Shown piece after piece: positions 43,016-52,927 of a stretch of 56,751 bases of DNA. Each line of letters starts with the position of its first letter. Within the stretch, counting starts at the first letter, position 1. Source of the DNA: a bacterium (GTDB lineage Bacteria; Verrucomicrobiota; Kiritimatiellia; CAIVKH01); assembly GCA_030432155.1 (NCBI GenBank), contig JAUIHQ010000001.1, positions 1-56,751 of the forward strand, given 5' to 3'. The notes below the pieces were generated by a model that saw only the letters and a program-made list of their open reading frames with translations, did not search any database and was not told the origin of the DNA. The position numbers and the translations under genes were made by a program.

Positions 43016-44049
43016 AGTTCAATCGCACCATACGCCACCCTCCGTCCAGCGATCCCCGGGAAGCCAAACGGGTGGGAAGCAGTATTCAGGAATGGATCGA
43101 TCACAACACCTATCACCATTCCGATTTCCGGGACATCCGGAAGCTCGTGGAGGCAAAGAAGGAATCCGGCCAGACCATTTCCGTCTGCATTCCCACGCTG
43201 AACGAAGAAAAGACCATCGGAAAAACCGTGGTCATGGTCAAAGGCGAGCTGATGGACCGCCATCCCCTGGTCGATGAAATCGCGGTAATCGATTCCGGCT
43301 CCGAGGACAACACCCGGGAGGTCGCCGCGGAGTTCGGCGCCGATGTATACCTCGCCTCCGACATCCTGCCCGACCTTGAACCCAAGCGGGGCAAGGGCGA
43401 GAACTTGTGGAAAGCGATCTACCAGCTCAAGGGCGACATTATCTGCTACATCGATGCCGATATTAAGAACATCCATTCCCGTTTCGTGTACGGCCTGGTC
43501 GCCCCGCTGATTTACCGCCCTGAAGTTCGCTATGTGAAGGCGTTCTATGACCGGCCGCTGGTGTTCTCGGAAGGCGTGCGGCCATCGGGCGGCGGACGGG
43601 TTACCGAGATTCTCGTCCGCCCGCTGTTCTCGCTGTTCTTTCCCGAGCTGACCGCGGTCATCCAACCCCTTTCCGGGGAGTATGCGGTACGGCGCGATGT
43701 GCTGCAGCAGGTCCCTTTCCCCATTGGATACGGCGTGGAGACGTCCCACCTCATCGATGTGTACGATAAGTACGGCCTGAGCGCGTTTGCCCAGACCGAC
43801 CTTGATCAGCGGGTTCACCGGAACCAGGCCACGACCGATCTCGGGAAAATGGCCTTCGGCATTCTCCGGGCGTTCCTTGCCCGGCTGAAATCCCTCGGCA
43901 TGGTGAAGGATCTTCCTGACCTCAGCGTGATCCTTCGCCAGTTCCAGGCCCGGGACACGAAGTACGAGGAGATTGAATACGAGATCCGCGAGGAGGAACG
44001 CCCTCCGATGATCACGATCCCGGAATACAAAGAGAAATTCGGCCTCTAA
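43012..44049 (+). CDS. gpgS: glucosyl-3-phosphoglycerate synthase (GT81)
   Basis: By eye it is colinear with mycobacterial GpgS. Matching stretches: ISVCIPTLNEEKTIG, IAVIDSGSEDNT, GKGENLWKA, GDIICYIDADI, GGGRVTEILVRPL, QPLSGEYAVRR, GYGVETSHLID, HRNQ. Confidence 0.85.
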   Translation: MKFNRTIRHPPSSDPREAKRVGSSIQEWIDHNTYHHSDFRDIRKLVEAKKESGQTISVCIPTLNEEKTIGKTVVMVKGELMDRHPLVDEIAVIDSGSEDNTREVAAEFGADVYLASDILPDLEPKRGKGENLWKAIYQLKGDIICYIDADIKNIHSRFVYGLVAPLIYRPEVRYVKAFYDRPLVFSEGVRPSGGGRVTEILVRPLFSLFFPELTAVIQPLSGEYAVRRDVLQQVPFPIGYGVETSHLIDVYDKYGLSAFAQTDLDQRVHRNQATTDLGKMAFGILRAFLARLKSLGMVKDLPDLSVILRQFQARDTKYEEIEYEIREEERPPMITIPEYKEKFGL

Positions 44050-44062
44050 ATTTCCGCAGCCG

Positions 44063-45496
44063 ATGCGCGTTGCCGTTCTTCATTACCACATGCGCCGCGG
44101 CGGGGTGACCCGCGTGGTCGAGGGCATGCACAAGGCCCTGTTGTCTTCGGATATTTCCCTGGCGGTGGCCGCCGGAGATATCCCTGCGGATGAGACGGAA
44201 CGCCTTCCGCCCTCCGCCATCGTCCCCGATTTGGCCTATGACAGCGCAACCGGCGGTGAAGAACTGTATGCACAACTGGTCCGGGCTCTCTCCCCCTTGC
44301 TGGGCGGCGAACCCGATGTCTGGCACATCCACAATCACTGCCTGGGGAAAAACCAGGCCATACCCGCCCTCGTGCAGACCCTTGCGGATAAGAATGAGCG
44401 AATCCTTCTGCACATCCACGATTTTGCCGAGGATGGGCGGCCATCCAATTACCGGATGCTTCGGGAGACATTCACCGATGACGACCAGCTCGGGCGGGTG
44501 TTGTATCCCCTGGCCCCGAACATTCACTATGCCCTGTTGAACCCCCGGGACTACCGCGCGCTTGCCATGGCGGGTATTCCCGAAGACCAGTTGCACTTGC
44601 TCCCGAATCCGGTCCTGCCTCCGCCAGCCGATGGTGAGGAAGTGGATATCGGCGACGATCGCGAGCTCTACCTCTATCCCACCCGGGCCATCCGCCGGAA
44701 AAACATCGGAGAGATGCTGCTGTGGGCGGCCGCCGACCCGGATCAACGGTGCTTCGCCACGACCCTTGCCCCAACCTCCGATGCGGATCTCAAACCGTAT
44801 GCCGCCTGGAAACAACTCGTGGAGGATTGCGACCTCCCGGTACGGTTTGAGCTGGGCATGAACCATTCCTTCGCCGGTCTTTTACGGACGTGCCGGGCAG
44901 TCATCACCACCAGCATCGCCGAGGGCTTCGGGCTTGCCTTCATTGAACCGTGGCTGGTTCATCGTCCCCTCGTCGGCCGGCGACTGCAGGAGATTACGTC
45001 GGACATGGAGGAGGCGGGTCTCTCCCTCGACGGCCTCTACGACCGGCTTGATATTCCGGAGTCCTGGCTGGATCGACCGATTTTCGAGCGAGAGGTTGAG
45101 CAGTCGCTCAAACAAAGCTATGCCGCCTACGGACTTGAGCTGCCGGCGCGGGCTGTCGAAGCCGCCATCGCGGCCATTGTGCGGGAGGGGAAAGCTGATT
45201 TCGGACGATTGAGCGAGCAGACGCAGGCCGGCATCATCCGTCACGTCGCCGAAAACCGCGAGGCGGCCCGGGACATGATACCCTCATGTCTTGACGGCGA
45301 CCTCTCCGACGAGGCGATTGAAACCAACCGCCGGGCGATTCTTGATGCCTACGGTCTCGCCCGTTACGGAGATCGCCTGACTGCGCTGTATGCTACCGTG
45401 GCCGCGGTCACACCTGAGGCGCCCGAACATTTGAGCCCGCGCCGGGTGCTTGATCAATTCCTTCGCCCCGAACGCTGTTACCTGTTGAGGACCTGA
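44063..45496 (+). CDS. GT-B glycosyltransferase (candidate second sugar transferase of the solute pathway)
   Basis: 477 aa. MRVAVLHYHMRRGGVTRVVE...; TTSIAEGFGLAFIEPW (GT4-like EX7E region). Confidence 0.65.
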   Translation: MRVAVLHYHMRRGGVTRVVEGMHKALLSSDISLAVAAGDIPADETERLPPSAIVPDLAYDSATGGEELYAQLVRALSPLLGGEPDVWHIHNHCLGKNQAIPALVQTLADKNERILLHIHDFAEDGRPSNYRMLRETFTDDDQLGRVLYPLAPNIHYALLNPRDYRALAMAGIPEDQLHLLPNPVLPPPADGEEVDIGDDRELYLYPTRAIRRKNIGEMLLWAAADPDQRCFATTLAPTSDADLKPYAAWKQLVEDCDLPVRFELGMNHSFAGLLRTCRAVITTSIAEGFGLAFIEPWLVHRPLVGRRLQEITSDMEEAGLSLDGLYDRLDIPESWLDRPIFEREVEQSLKQSYAAYGLELPARAVEAAIAAIVREGKADFGRLSEQTQAGIIRHVAENREAARDMIPSCLDGDLSDEAIETNRRAILDAYGLARYGDRLTALYATVAAVTPEAPEHLSPRRVLDQFLRPERCYLLRT

Positions 45497-45498
45497 CC

Positions 45499-46395
45499 AT
45501 GCACATCGACCACCGGAACGAGCTGGCCGCCATCATCAAGCGTAACCACCGGCCCCTTCAACCGGAACCAACCGGTACGGCATCCCGCCCGACGCACATC
45601 GGGGATATCCGGTGCGTTCTGTTCGACATCTACGGCACCCTGTTTATCTCCGCGGCCGGGGATGTCGGCACGATTGAGGACCATGCCGGAACGCAATTGC
45701 TTCGGGATTCGCTGGACGCCGCCGGGTATGAATGTACGCGAGACCCCTCCCCCGAGGAAGCGCGCCTGATCCGTGACCTGATCCGCAACGAGCATGCCCG
45801 GCTCAAACATGACGGCATGGAATTCCCCGAGGTTGTCATCGAGGAATTGTGGGCTGAAGCGATCGGTACATATGCGGAACGAGGCCTGATCCGGGATGAC
45901 GGTGATCTTCTTCAGCGGTTGAAGCTGTGTGTCGAATACGAAACCCGAAGCAACCCGGTAGCTCCCATGCCCGGTCTGACTGACATGTTGAAAGCGATTC
46001 GTGGAAAAAGCGTGAAAATGGGCATCGTCTCCAACGCCCAGTTCTATACTCCGCTGATGTTCGACGCCCTGACCGGGGTCCCGCCCGAGGATCATGGATT
46101 CGATCCCGAGCTGTGTGTATGGTCCTTCCGCCTTCGACAAGCCAAACCTTCCTCCGCGATGTTCGAAGGCGTCCTCGGCATCCTTCACCTGCACGGCATC
46201 CACCCGGAAAACGTGCTCTATATCGGCAACGACATGCTCAAAGATATCTGGACCGCATCCCGCGACGGATGTCGTACAGCCCTGTTCGCCGGCGACAAAC
46301 GATCCTTGCGGATGAGAGAGAACGACGACCGGTGCCGCCATCTCCAACCCGACGCCATTGTGACATCCATGGATGAAATTCCGGGGATTGTGTAA
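45499..46395 (+). CDS. HAD superfamily hydrolase (candidate sugar-phosphoglycerate phosphatase)
   Basis: HAD motifs: VLFDIYGTLF (I), GIVSNAQ (II), IGNDMLKDI (IV region). It starts 2 nt after the preceding GT. Confidence 0.7.
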   Translation: MHIDHRNELAAIIKRNHRPLQPEPTGTASRPTHIGDIRCVLFDIYGTLFISAAGDVGTIEDHAGTQLLRDSLDAAGYECTRDPSPEEARLIRDLIRNEHARLKHDGMEFPEVVIEELWAEAIGTYAERGLIRDDGDLLQRLKLCVEYETRSNPVAPMPGLTDMLKAIRGKSVKMGIVSNAQFYTPLMFDALTGVPPEDHGFDPELCVWSFRLRQAKPSSAMFEGVLGILHLHGIHPENVLYIGNDMLKDIWTASRDGCRTALFAGDKRSLRMRENDDRCRHLQPDAIVTSMDEIPGIV

Positions 46396-46416
46396 ATACC
46401 GGACACCCAAAGGAGG

Positions 46417-46458
<42 letters not shown>

Positions 46459-46545
46459 AACACTACGCCATTTCCAACCCTTGGAAACTTCCTGCCGGGA
46501 GATTCCAACCACTGGAAATGCGATATGAGGACCGGCCGCTATCGG

Positions 46546-49311
46546 TTACGGTACAGCGATGAGTCCCTCGACCCGGAAGAAGGTGGGGGTGAGGTTGGTG
46601 GCGGATGCGGGCCATAAGGTGGAGCCGGCTTCACCCGGAATCGGGCTGGTGGCGGCGAGCGACCATGAGGCGGAATTCGTGATCATGGCCGGGTTGAGCT
46701 GCACCCGGTAGTAGCGTTCGGTGCTGGAGACAAACCGAATCGGAACCGATCCGTTGGTGATGCCTGCATCGGCGGGAACAACTTCGAATCGACTCAGGGC
46801 ATTGGTCGGCTGAGTACCGGCCAGAAATTCTTCAATGTTGCTGAACAGGTCCCCGTCCGGGTCGTCATTGCCGTCCCAGTTCGTGATGGAACCGAACCGG
46901 GCATACTCCCACTGATCGGGCAGCAGATCGGCATCTTCGTCCGTGACGATATAGGCGCTCAGCACATCGCTGACCGCAGCCTTTCCGGTGCTGTCATCGG
47001 CGCGGGCCTGAAGCTCTGTCCTGCCGGCTCCGATATCGGACGCCGACCAGGTGAAGTGATACGGGGGTGATGATGTAACCGCCAGCAGCTTGCCCTCGAC
47101 ATACAGCGATACCTGGGTGATGGAGCCGGCGCCGGCGATCGCCTCCACCCTCGTGGTAACCGTATGGGAGGGTTCGATGAAGACATGATTGAGCGGCGCG
47201 AGAATGGAACAGGTCGTATCGTGGTTGTCGACCGAGAACTCGATGGTTTTGCGGGTCACGGTTGCCACTGCATCGCCGCTCCGGGTCACGATATCGAGCT
47301 GGTGGGGTCCGTCGGCAAGGGTCGAGGTATCGATGCTGGTATTCGCCACAGCCTGGGTGGAACCCGATGCGAGAAAGATGGTGGTACGGGCCCTCAGCTC
47401 ATCCGCATTGTCATTGAACGAATCGGTAAAGTCCGGGCCGGTCAGGGTCGACATCGGCTTCTTGTTCACGGTGTAGGAAACATGCAGGCCGTTGCCTTCC
47501 CAGGTATTGGTGCGGGCAATCAGCCATGCCTCGGCGGATGTTGTTCCCGCCAGGATGTACTTCATTTCCGCCCCGGCCGCCGTTTGCAGATTCGTGTCGC
47601 CGTTCACCGCGGCGGCCAGGTTGGTGAAGATGGAGAGATAGGACTCCCCGTTTGTCCCGACGGTATACTCGTTGGATGTTGCAAGCCCGTTGAGGTTGGT
47701 AATCACCAGGATCACCTGATCGCCGACTTTCGCGTTTCCCGAGAGGCTCAGGCCTTCCCGCGCAGGTACAAAGGTCTCCATGAAGTTTGTTCCGGATACC
47801 CGGGCATGGAGGCGCCGGACCGCACCGGTTCCGGAACCGGTGGCGACAACACAGGAAAGGCCGGTTGCCGAGATCCCGAGCGCATCCTGCATAAGCTCGA
47901 TCCGGTCGCTGTAGGCCGTTGCCGTCACCCCGAGATCCGGGCCTGCATTGATCGCATCGGCCAGGCCGGCGGCCACATCAAACAGGTCATCGCCGGGTGT
48001 CACGGTATAGGAGCGTGACATACCGTTCACGAGGGCGGTGACAACATTACCGTCCACAGGAGGGAGGTTGGTGACCGTGGAATGGAAGGCACCATCGAGG
48101 AATATCTCAACCAAGCCAATCGTGTTGGAGTCAGGAGAGGAAGCGGTGATGGTCAACGGCACGGAGCCGGTCACGACCTGTCCGGGCGAAAGACCCGCAA
48201 CATCGATCAAGGAGGTCACCGCGTAGGGCCGGGCCAGCGGGTCCCCGACAAACACCCCCTGGTACGGGCTCTGCACCGACATGTGATACACCTCGCCGGC
48301 GGAGAAGCCCCTCGCGTACCATGGGTACAGCATCGCGTCGGGGAACTTGTTGGTGTATGCGCAGGGTTCGAAGACGGTGCCGTAGGTAGCGGACGCACCG
48401 TAGCGAATCCAGTTCAATAGCGACATCTGCCCGCACGCAGAAGAATCCAGCAGACATCCGGCAAAGGAGGTCAGGTGGTCGCCAAGACCACCGGGGAGAA
48501 ACTGCACGGTATTGATATACGATACATATTGAATCCCGGTCATATAGCCCGCGACATTCACCGGACCGACCAGCCAATTGGTTTCAACCGTCCGGACATC
48601 CATGAGCGGTGCGATCTGCTTGAGAGCCAGGGATGACCCGCCGAACTGCTTCCACCGCACACTGCGAAATTCATCCTCGGTGTGGACATAGTAGTACGTA
48701 CCCGTGGGCGCAATGCCGGTCAGGTTCCTGCTTCGTGCAACCAGATCCCTGGCCTGTTCGAGGGTGAAGGCGGCAAGTTGAAACACCATGAACGGCAAGC
48801 CTGTGATTGTTAATGAATCGAATGCACGCTCCGAACGATAATACGGGCTGAATGCCGATGATGGATTCACACAGGGGATGGCGGTAACATCCTGAATGCC
48901 GTAATGAAGTGCGCCGACAACGCTGTTGGTCACACCGGGGGAAACCGACAGGCGGTACGGAAAGTCATTGGCCAACACCACGGTCCGGATCTGGTTGCTG
49001 AGTCCGGCAGCCGCGATGTACTCGTGGACGGGATTCTCGAGGTCATTGGAATATACCGAGGCGGAGATCGTGGGATTGGTGGTGATCCCGACATGAAGAA
49101 TGTTTCGCTGGGGAATGTCCTGCAGCTCCGCATAGAACTTTCCGATTTCCTGCGACCTGGGTTCATCGTCGTTGACCACCACGAGTGTTTCCAGCGGAGA
49201 TCCGCCGCCAAAGGCGCAATGCGAGGCCAAAAGGAGGAATGCCACGGAACGTAACCATGGATGACCGGGATCAAAACGCATGTCAGTAACGTACCCATGA
49301 ACCCTGAACAT
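46546..49311 (-). CDS. large secreted protein with Ig-like repeats, TSP3 pair and conserved C-terminal beta module
   Basis: 921 aa (alternative ATG at 49281). Signal: ...LRSVAFLLLASHCAFGG. From memory, the N-terminal LETLVVVNDDEPRSQEIGKFYAELQDIPQRNILHV resembles the TIGR03790-type uncharacterized family. Asp loops: DEDADLLPDQWE and DDPDGDLFSNIEEF. It ends PTFFRVEGLIAVP. Confidence 0.7.
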   Translation of the reverse strand: MFRVHGYVTDMRFDPGHPWLRSVAFLLLASHCAFGGGSPLETLVVVNDDEPRSQEIGKFYAELQDIPQRNILHVGITTNPTISASVYSNDLENPVHEYIAAAGLSNQIRTVVLANDFPYRLSVSPGVTNSVVGALHYGIQDVTAIPCVNPSSAFSPYYRSERAFDSLTITGLPFMVFQLAAFTLEQARDLVARSRNLTGIAPTGTYYYVHTEDEFRSVRWKQFGGSSLALKQIAPLMDVRTVETNWLVGPVNVAGYMTGIQYVSYINTVQFLPGGLGDHLTSFAGCLLDSSACGQMSLLNWIRYGASATYGTVFEPCAYTNKFPDAMLYPWYARGFSAGEVYHMSVQSPYQGVFVGDPLARPYAVTSLIDVAGLSPGQVVTGSVPLTITASSPDSNTIGLVEIFLDGAFHSTVTNLPPVDGNVVTALVNGMSRSYTVTPGDDLFDVAAGLADAINAGPDLGVTATAYSDRIELMQDALGISATGLSCVVATGSGTGAVRRLHARVSGTNFMETFVPAREGLSLSGNAKVGDQVILVITNLNGLATSNEYTVGTNGESYLSIFTNLAAAVNGDTNLQTAAGAEMKYILAGTTSAEAWLIARTNTWEGNGLHVSYTVNKKPMSTLTGPDFTDSFNDNADELRARTTIFLASGSTQAVANTSIDTSTLADGPHQLDIVTRSGDAVATVTRKTIEFSVDNHDTTCSILAPLNHVFIEPSHTVTTRVEAIAGAGSITQVSLYVEGKLLAVTSSPPYHFTWSASDIGAGRTELQARADDSTGKAAVSDVLSAYIVTDEDADLLPDQWEYARFGSITNWDGNDDPDGDLFSNIEEFLAGTQPTNALSRFEVVPADAGITNGSVPIRFVSSTERYYRVQLNPAMITNSASWSLAATSPIPGEAGSTLWPASATNLTPTFFRVEGLIAVP

Positions 49312-49519
49312 GGGCAGGAAAATGCGAGGTCAGCATCGAACAGCCATGGTGGAGGGATTTCCTGAATTTCCGAATGTCGAATTCCTGAATGAACGCGGTA
49401 GATGTGTTTGCGCAAACAAGGTCACGTAAAAAGGCTCCGAGGGTTTCTCAACCGTCTGAGGGCACGCGGGAGCGTTCCCTTCCGGAGCGGATAGCGGCGA
49501 CGATGGTTTTTTATACGCT

Positions 49520-52500
49520 CTAGTAATTCGTGCGCAGGCGGTTGATGAGGTCGCGGAGCTCATCGTCGGCGTCGCCGAACAGTTCGCTCTGGCGGGTCAG
49601 AAGGTCGTTGGCAATTTTCTGTGCTTCCTCATCCTTGTCCATTTTTTCGTATACCAGGGCGAGGTGGAGCATCAGAACCGCGGAATTGGGGCGGAGGGCC
49701 AGCGCTTTCTGGATCGCATCTTCCGCTTCAGTCAATGCGCCTTTTTTCAGCAGGATCACTCCATACGTGTCCCATGCGCTGCTGTTCCGTTCATTAAGAT
49801 CGAGTGACTCCCGGGCCAGCGTCAGGGCTTCATCGATGGAGCCTCGCTTCAGCAGCACCCAGGCAAGGTCGTTGAGCGCTTCCGGCGAACGGGCGGTGGC
49901 AAGGCTGGCCCGATACGAGGCCTCGGCCAGCGCATACTGCTCGTTGAACACCTGGATCGTTCCTTCCAGGTAATTTGCCAGGGCGTTTCGCGGATCGACC
50001 CTGAGAATCCGGTCAATCGTTCCCTCCGCCGCATCCCGATCCGCCTTGTACATCTGAATCTTTAACAGCGATTCCAGCGCGGGAATACTGCCGGGACTGC
50101 GCCTCAGGACTTCGTTGAGCTGGGTCTCGGCGCCTACGAAATCTTTTTTGCGAACAGCGAACTCGGCCATCATCATCCGTACACCCGGGGTCAGGGCATC
50201 CAGGCTCTCGAGTTTCTTCAGGGTTTTCTCCAGCAAGGCGTCATCCTTGAGCTGATCGGCAAGGGCCGCCTGGAGGGCAAGGGCCCGCTGATTTTCGCTG
50301 TCTTTCTTCAGGACGCGGTTGATGGCGTCCCGGGCGGCGGCCGGATTGCCGCTGGTGATTTCAAGAACGGCTTCTTCGATCAGAACCGCATTTTCATCAA
50401 GGTCGAGAGCCTTGAGTTTTTCGAGATAGCCGCGGGCCTCGTCATAATTGCCGTTGCGGACGGCCAGCCGCATCAGACCGGCAAGGGCCTGGGGGTTTCC
50501 GGGTTTGGTTTCAAGGACATCGAGAAACGACTCCCGGCTTTCTTCATCCATACTCTGCGAAAAGTACAATCCCCCGAGCGCAAGCTGGAGGCCCGCATCT
50601 TCGCCGGTCGCGAGGGAGGCGGCTCGCTTAAGCTCGCGGATGGCCATGTTCGCCTTGCCCGACATGGCCCAGGCCAGACCGCTCTTGGCATAGGCTTCGG
50701 GGAAGCGGACATACCCATAGGTGTACGCCAGCGAGACCGGCTGCACGGCGAGGCGCTCCCCTTCAAACCGCTTGGTGAACTCCTCATCCAGCGCGGCAAA
50801 GATGGCAAGGTCTTCGCGCTTGGCGAGGGCGTGAAGATTCAGCAAAGCGCTGATATTCTCCTCCGCATACTCGCGGGAGAGCTCGTAACAGGTCACCGCG
50901 TCCTCGAGGCGGCCGAGATCCTCCATGATAACGCCCAGATTGTTCGCCACCTTGCTCAGGTGGGTTCGAATACCGGTAACGTAACTACCGATGGCCGGGT
51001 TGTTGGTGGCCGCGCCGATCAACCGCTCTCCGAAGGTCTCCCGCAGAGCAACCGTCTCGGCCAGCACCTGGTCGGCATCGACCTGGTCCAGTGCGCGGAC
51101 GCCGTTGAACACCATCCCGTTCGGAATCGCCTCGTACCCCGCCGCTACCCACAGATCTGGCAGGTTCAAAATGGAAACCGTGTTTTCTAGGTCTTCGCCG
51201 GTCCGCATCCATTCATCGAGGAGCGGGGCCATGCCGACCTGGGCAAGGCTGGTATAGCGGGGATCGTTGAACAGCGACGCCACATATTTCATGTAGGCAT
51301 CCGACCGGCCGTAGCTCAGCCGGATCACGTGCAAATCCCGCCCTTCGAGATGAGCCTGCAGCATGACCTGATCGTCGAGGGCGGTATTCGTGATCAACCA
51401 TTGCTTGTTCCCGGTATCGCGCAGGACCTGGCGGCTGAAATCCCGGAACAGGGCGATATCCCCGGGCCGTACGACCTTGATACTTTGAACGGCTCCCACA
51501 ACAACCAGCGCGGGCAGACCAAGCATCAACAGAACCAACCCGCCCCGACGGATCAGCTTTGCCATCCCTCCTGAGAAGCGGTGCTCCCGTGCGCAGGCGG
51601 CATACCAGAACGCGGCGAGGAACCCGGCGCAGGATGCAATCAGCAGGTAGGGCATGACAAGCAGCGGACGGAGTCCGGTCATCTCCCACGGCGCGATCGG
51701 TATGCGGAACAACAGAGCCGCCACGAGAATCGACAGCACACCGTTCAGAATCACAATGCCGGCCATCGACCCGCGGGTACGAAAGATGGTGACCGGCATC
51801 GAAATGGTGAAAATCAGCAGCCACGGCAAGGCACTGACAAAGAGCACGGTCAGCCAGCCGGTTTTGGGAATACCTCCGGTCAGGGTGAGATACTGGTCTC
51901 TCCACATGATCCAGAACACCTTCCAGAAGGTTCCGAATTCCCGCCATTCGCTGGCGGGCTGCTGGAAATACCACCCGGCCTGCACGAGGTACGGGAGCAG
52001 GCCCAGCACTCCGACGCCGAGCGCCTGCAGAATGGTGCTCATGCGCAGATGCGACGCCTCCCACATGGCGAACAGAACATACAATCCGTAGAGCGGGGCC
52101 AGCAGAATCATCGTACTGAACTGCGTGATTCCGATACCGTACAGAAACACCGAGACAAACAGGTACCCGGTTCGCCGGTGGATCCGATACCGGCAGAGGA
52201 GATATACCGGGAGGAGGAGGAGGATCAGGTTGAAGGTATGGGGATAGCTGCGAGTGGCGGCAATCCAGAACGGCTTGCTGAACGCAAGATACAAAACGGT
52301 CACCGAACCGGCAACGATCCCCACCCGCTGGGCGAAAGCCCGCCCGACGACATCGCTGGTCAACCTGCGAGTCGCGAAATAGCGGCTTATGTCATACACA
52401 AGGTACAGAACAACGCCCGCGCAGACCGCCGAGAACAGATGAATCGACGTGACGGCGGCCGATCCGGAAACCAGGGCGAGGCCCGAAATCACCACACCCC

Positions 52501-52690
52501 ACAACATGCTGTTCATCGAGGGAAAGGCATCGATGCCGAGATGCTGGAGCAGCCGCTGGGTCGGATCCCCGGGGAAGGGAACATTGCCCATGGTCAGGAG
52601 GTAGACAACAAGACCGCCCGCGGCGAGAAGAATGCCGATAAGTACGGGGGTGGAGATCGATCGCATCTGAAGGTTCTTTTCCGTTTCCAT
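49520..52690 (-). CDS. polytopic membrane protein (DUF2723/glycosyltransferase-C-like) with long C-terminal TPR array
   Basis: 1056 aa. The N-terminal ~400 aa holds at least 10 hydrophobic segments. The C-terminal half has many ~34-aa Ala/Leu/Tyr TPR-like repeats (e.g. AEASYRASLATARSPEALNDLAWVLLKRG). Confidence 0.75.
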   Translation of the reverse strand: METEKNLQMRSISTPVLIGILLAAGGLVVYLLTMGNVPFPGDPTQRLLQHLGIDAFPSMNSMLWGVVISGLALVSGSAAVTSIHLFSAVCAGVVLYLVYDISRYFATRRLTSDVVGRAFAQRVGIVAGSVTVLYLAFSKPFWIAATRSYPHTFNLILLLLPVYLLCRYRIHRRTGYLFVSVFLYGIGITQFSTMILLAPLYGLYVLFAMWEASHLRMSTILQALGVGVLGLLPYLVQAGWYFQQPASEWREFGTFWKVFWIMWRDQYLTLTGGIPKTGWLTVLFVSALPWLLIFTISMPVTIFRTRGSMAGIVILNGVLSILVAALLFRIPIAPWEMTGLRPLLVMPYLLIASCAGFLAAFWYAACAREHRFSGGMAKLIRRGGLVLLMLGLPALVVVGAVQSIKVVRPGDIALFRDFSRQVLRDTGNKQWLITNTALDDQVMLQAHLEGRDLHVIRLSYGRSDAYMKYVASLFNDPRYTSLAQVGMAPLLDEWMRTGEDLENTVSILNLPDLWVAAGYEAIPNGMVFNGVRALDQVDADQVLAETVALRETFGERLIGAATNNPAIGSYVTGIRTHLSKVANNLGVIMEDLGRLEDAVTCYELSREYAEENISALLNLHALAKREDLAIFAALDEEFTKRFEGERLAVQPVSLAYTYGYVRFPEAYAKSGLAWAMSGKANMAIRELKRAASLATGEDAGLQLALGGLYFSQSMDEESRESFLDVLETKPGNPQALAGLMRLAVRNGNYDEARGYLEKLKALDLDENAVLIEEAVLEITSGNPAAARDAINRVLKKDSENQRALALQAALADQLKDDALLEKTLKKLESLDALTPGVRMMMAEFAVRKKDFVGAETQLNEVLRRSPGSIPALESLLKIQMYKADRDAAEGTIDRILRVDPRNALANYLEGTIQVFNEQYALAEASYRASLATARSPEALNDLAWVLLKRGSIDEALTLARESLDLNERNSSAWDTYGVILLKKGALTEAEDAIQKALALRPNSAVLMLHLALVYEKMDKDEEAQKIANDLLTRQSELFGDADDELRDLINRLRTNY

Positions 52691-52796
52691 AGACAGATTC
52701 TCTCGCAGGGAAGCCCTTGGTTAAAACGGTTACGCCGAATTACGACTTAACCATATCGTGCAGCATTTCACCACGCGGAATTGCCGGATGACAGAC

Positions 52797-52829
52797 AAAA
52801 AAAGAGCGCCCCCGAAGGAGCGCTCTTTT
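52797..52829 (-). terminator. rho-independent terminator
   Basis: Minus strand: GAAAAGAGCGCTCCTTCGGGGGCGCTCTTTTTTTG. GC-rich stem AAGAGCGC/GCGCTCTT followed by a T7 run. It lies ~20 nt downstream of the PEP-CTERM stop (52850). Confidence 0.65.
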
Positions 52830-52849
52830 CCATATTCAGCAAGAGTATC

Positions 52850-52927
52850 TTACTTCCGGATGCGACGGATCGCCAACAGCAGGGCGCCGATGCCGAAGAA
52901 GGCAAATACGGAAGGCTCAGGAATGAT
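52850..52927 (-). other. PEP-CTERM sorting signal, out of frame with upstream ORF
   Basis: My minus-strand translation gives IIPEPSVFAFFGIGALLLAIRRIRK*, i.e. PEP motif + TM + Arg-rich tail. It is in the +1 frame relative to ORF 52917..53516. That ORF's TGA (52917-52919) lies inside the PEP codons. Confidence 0.75.
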
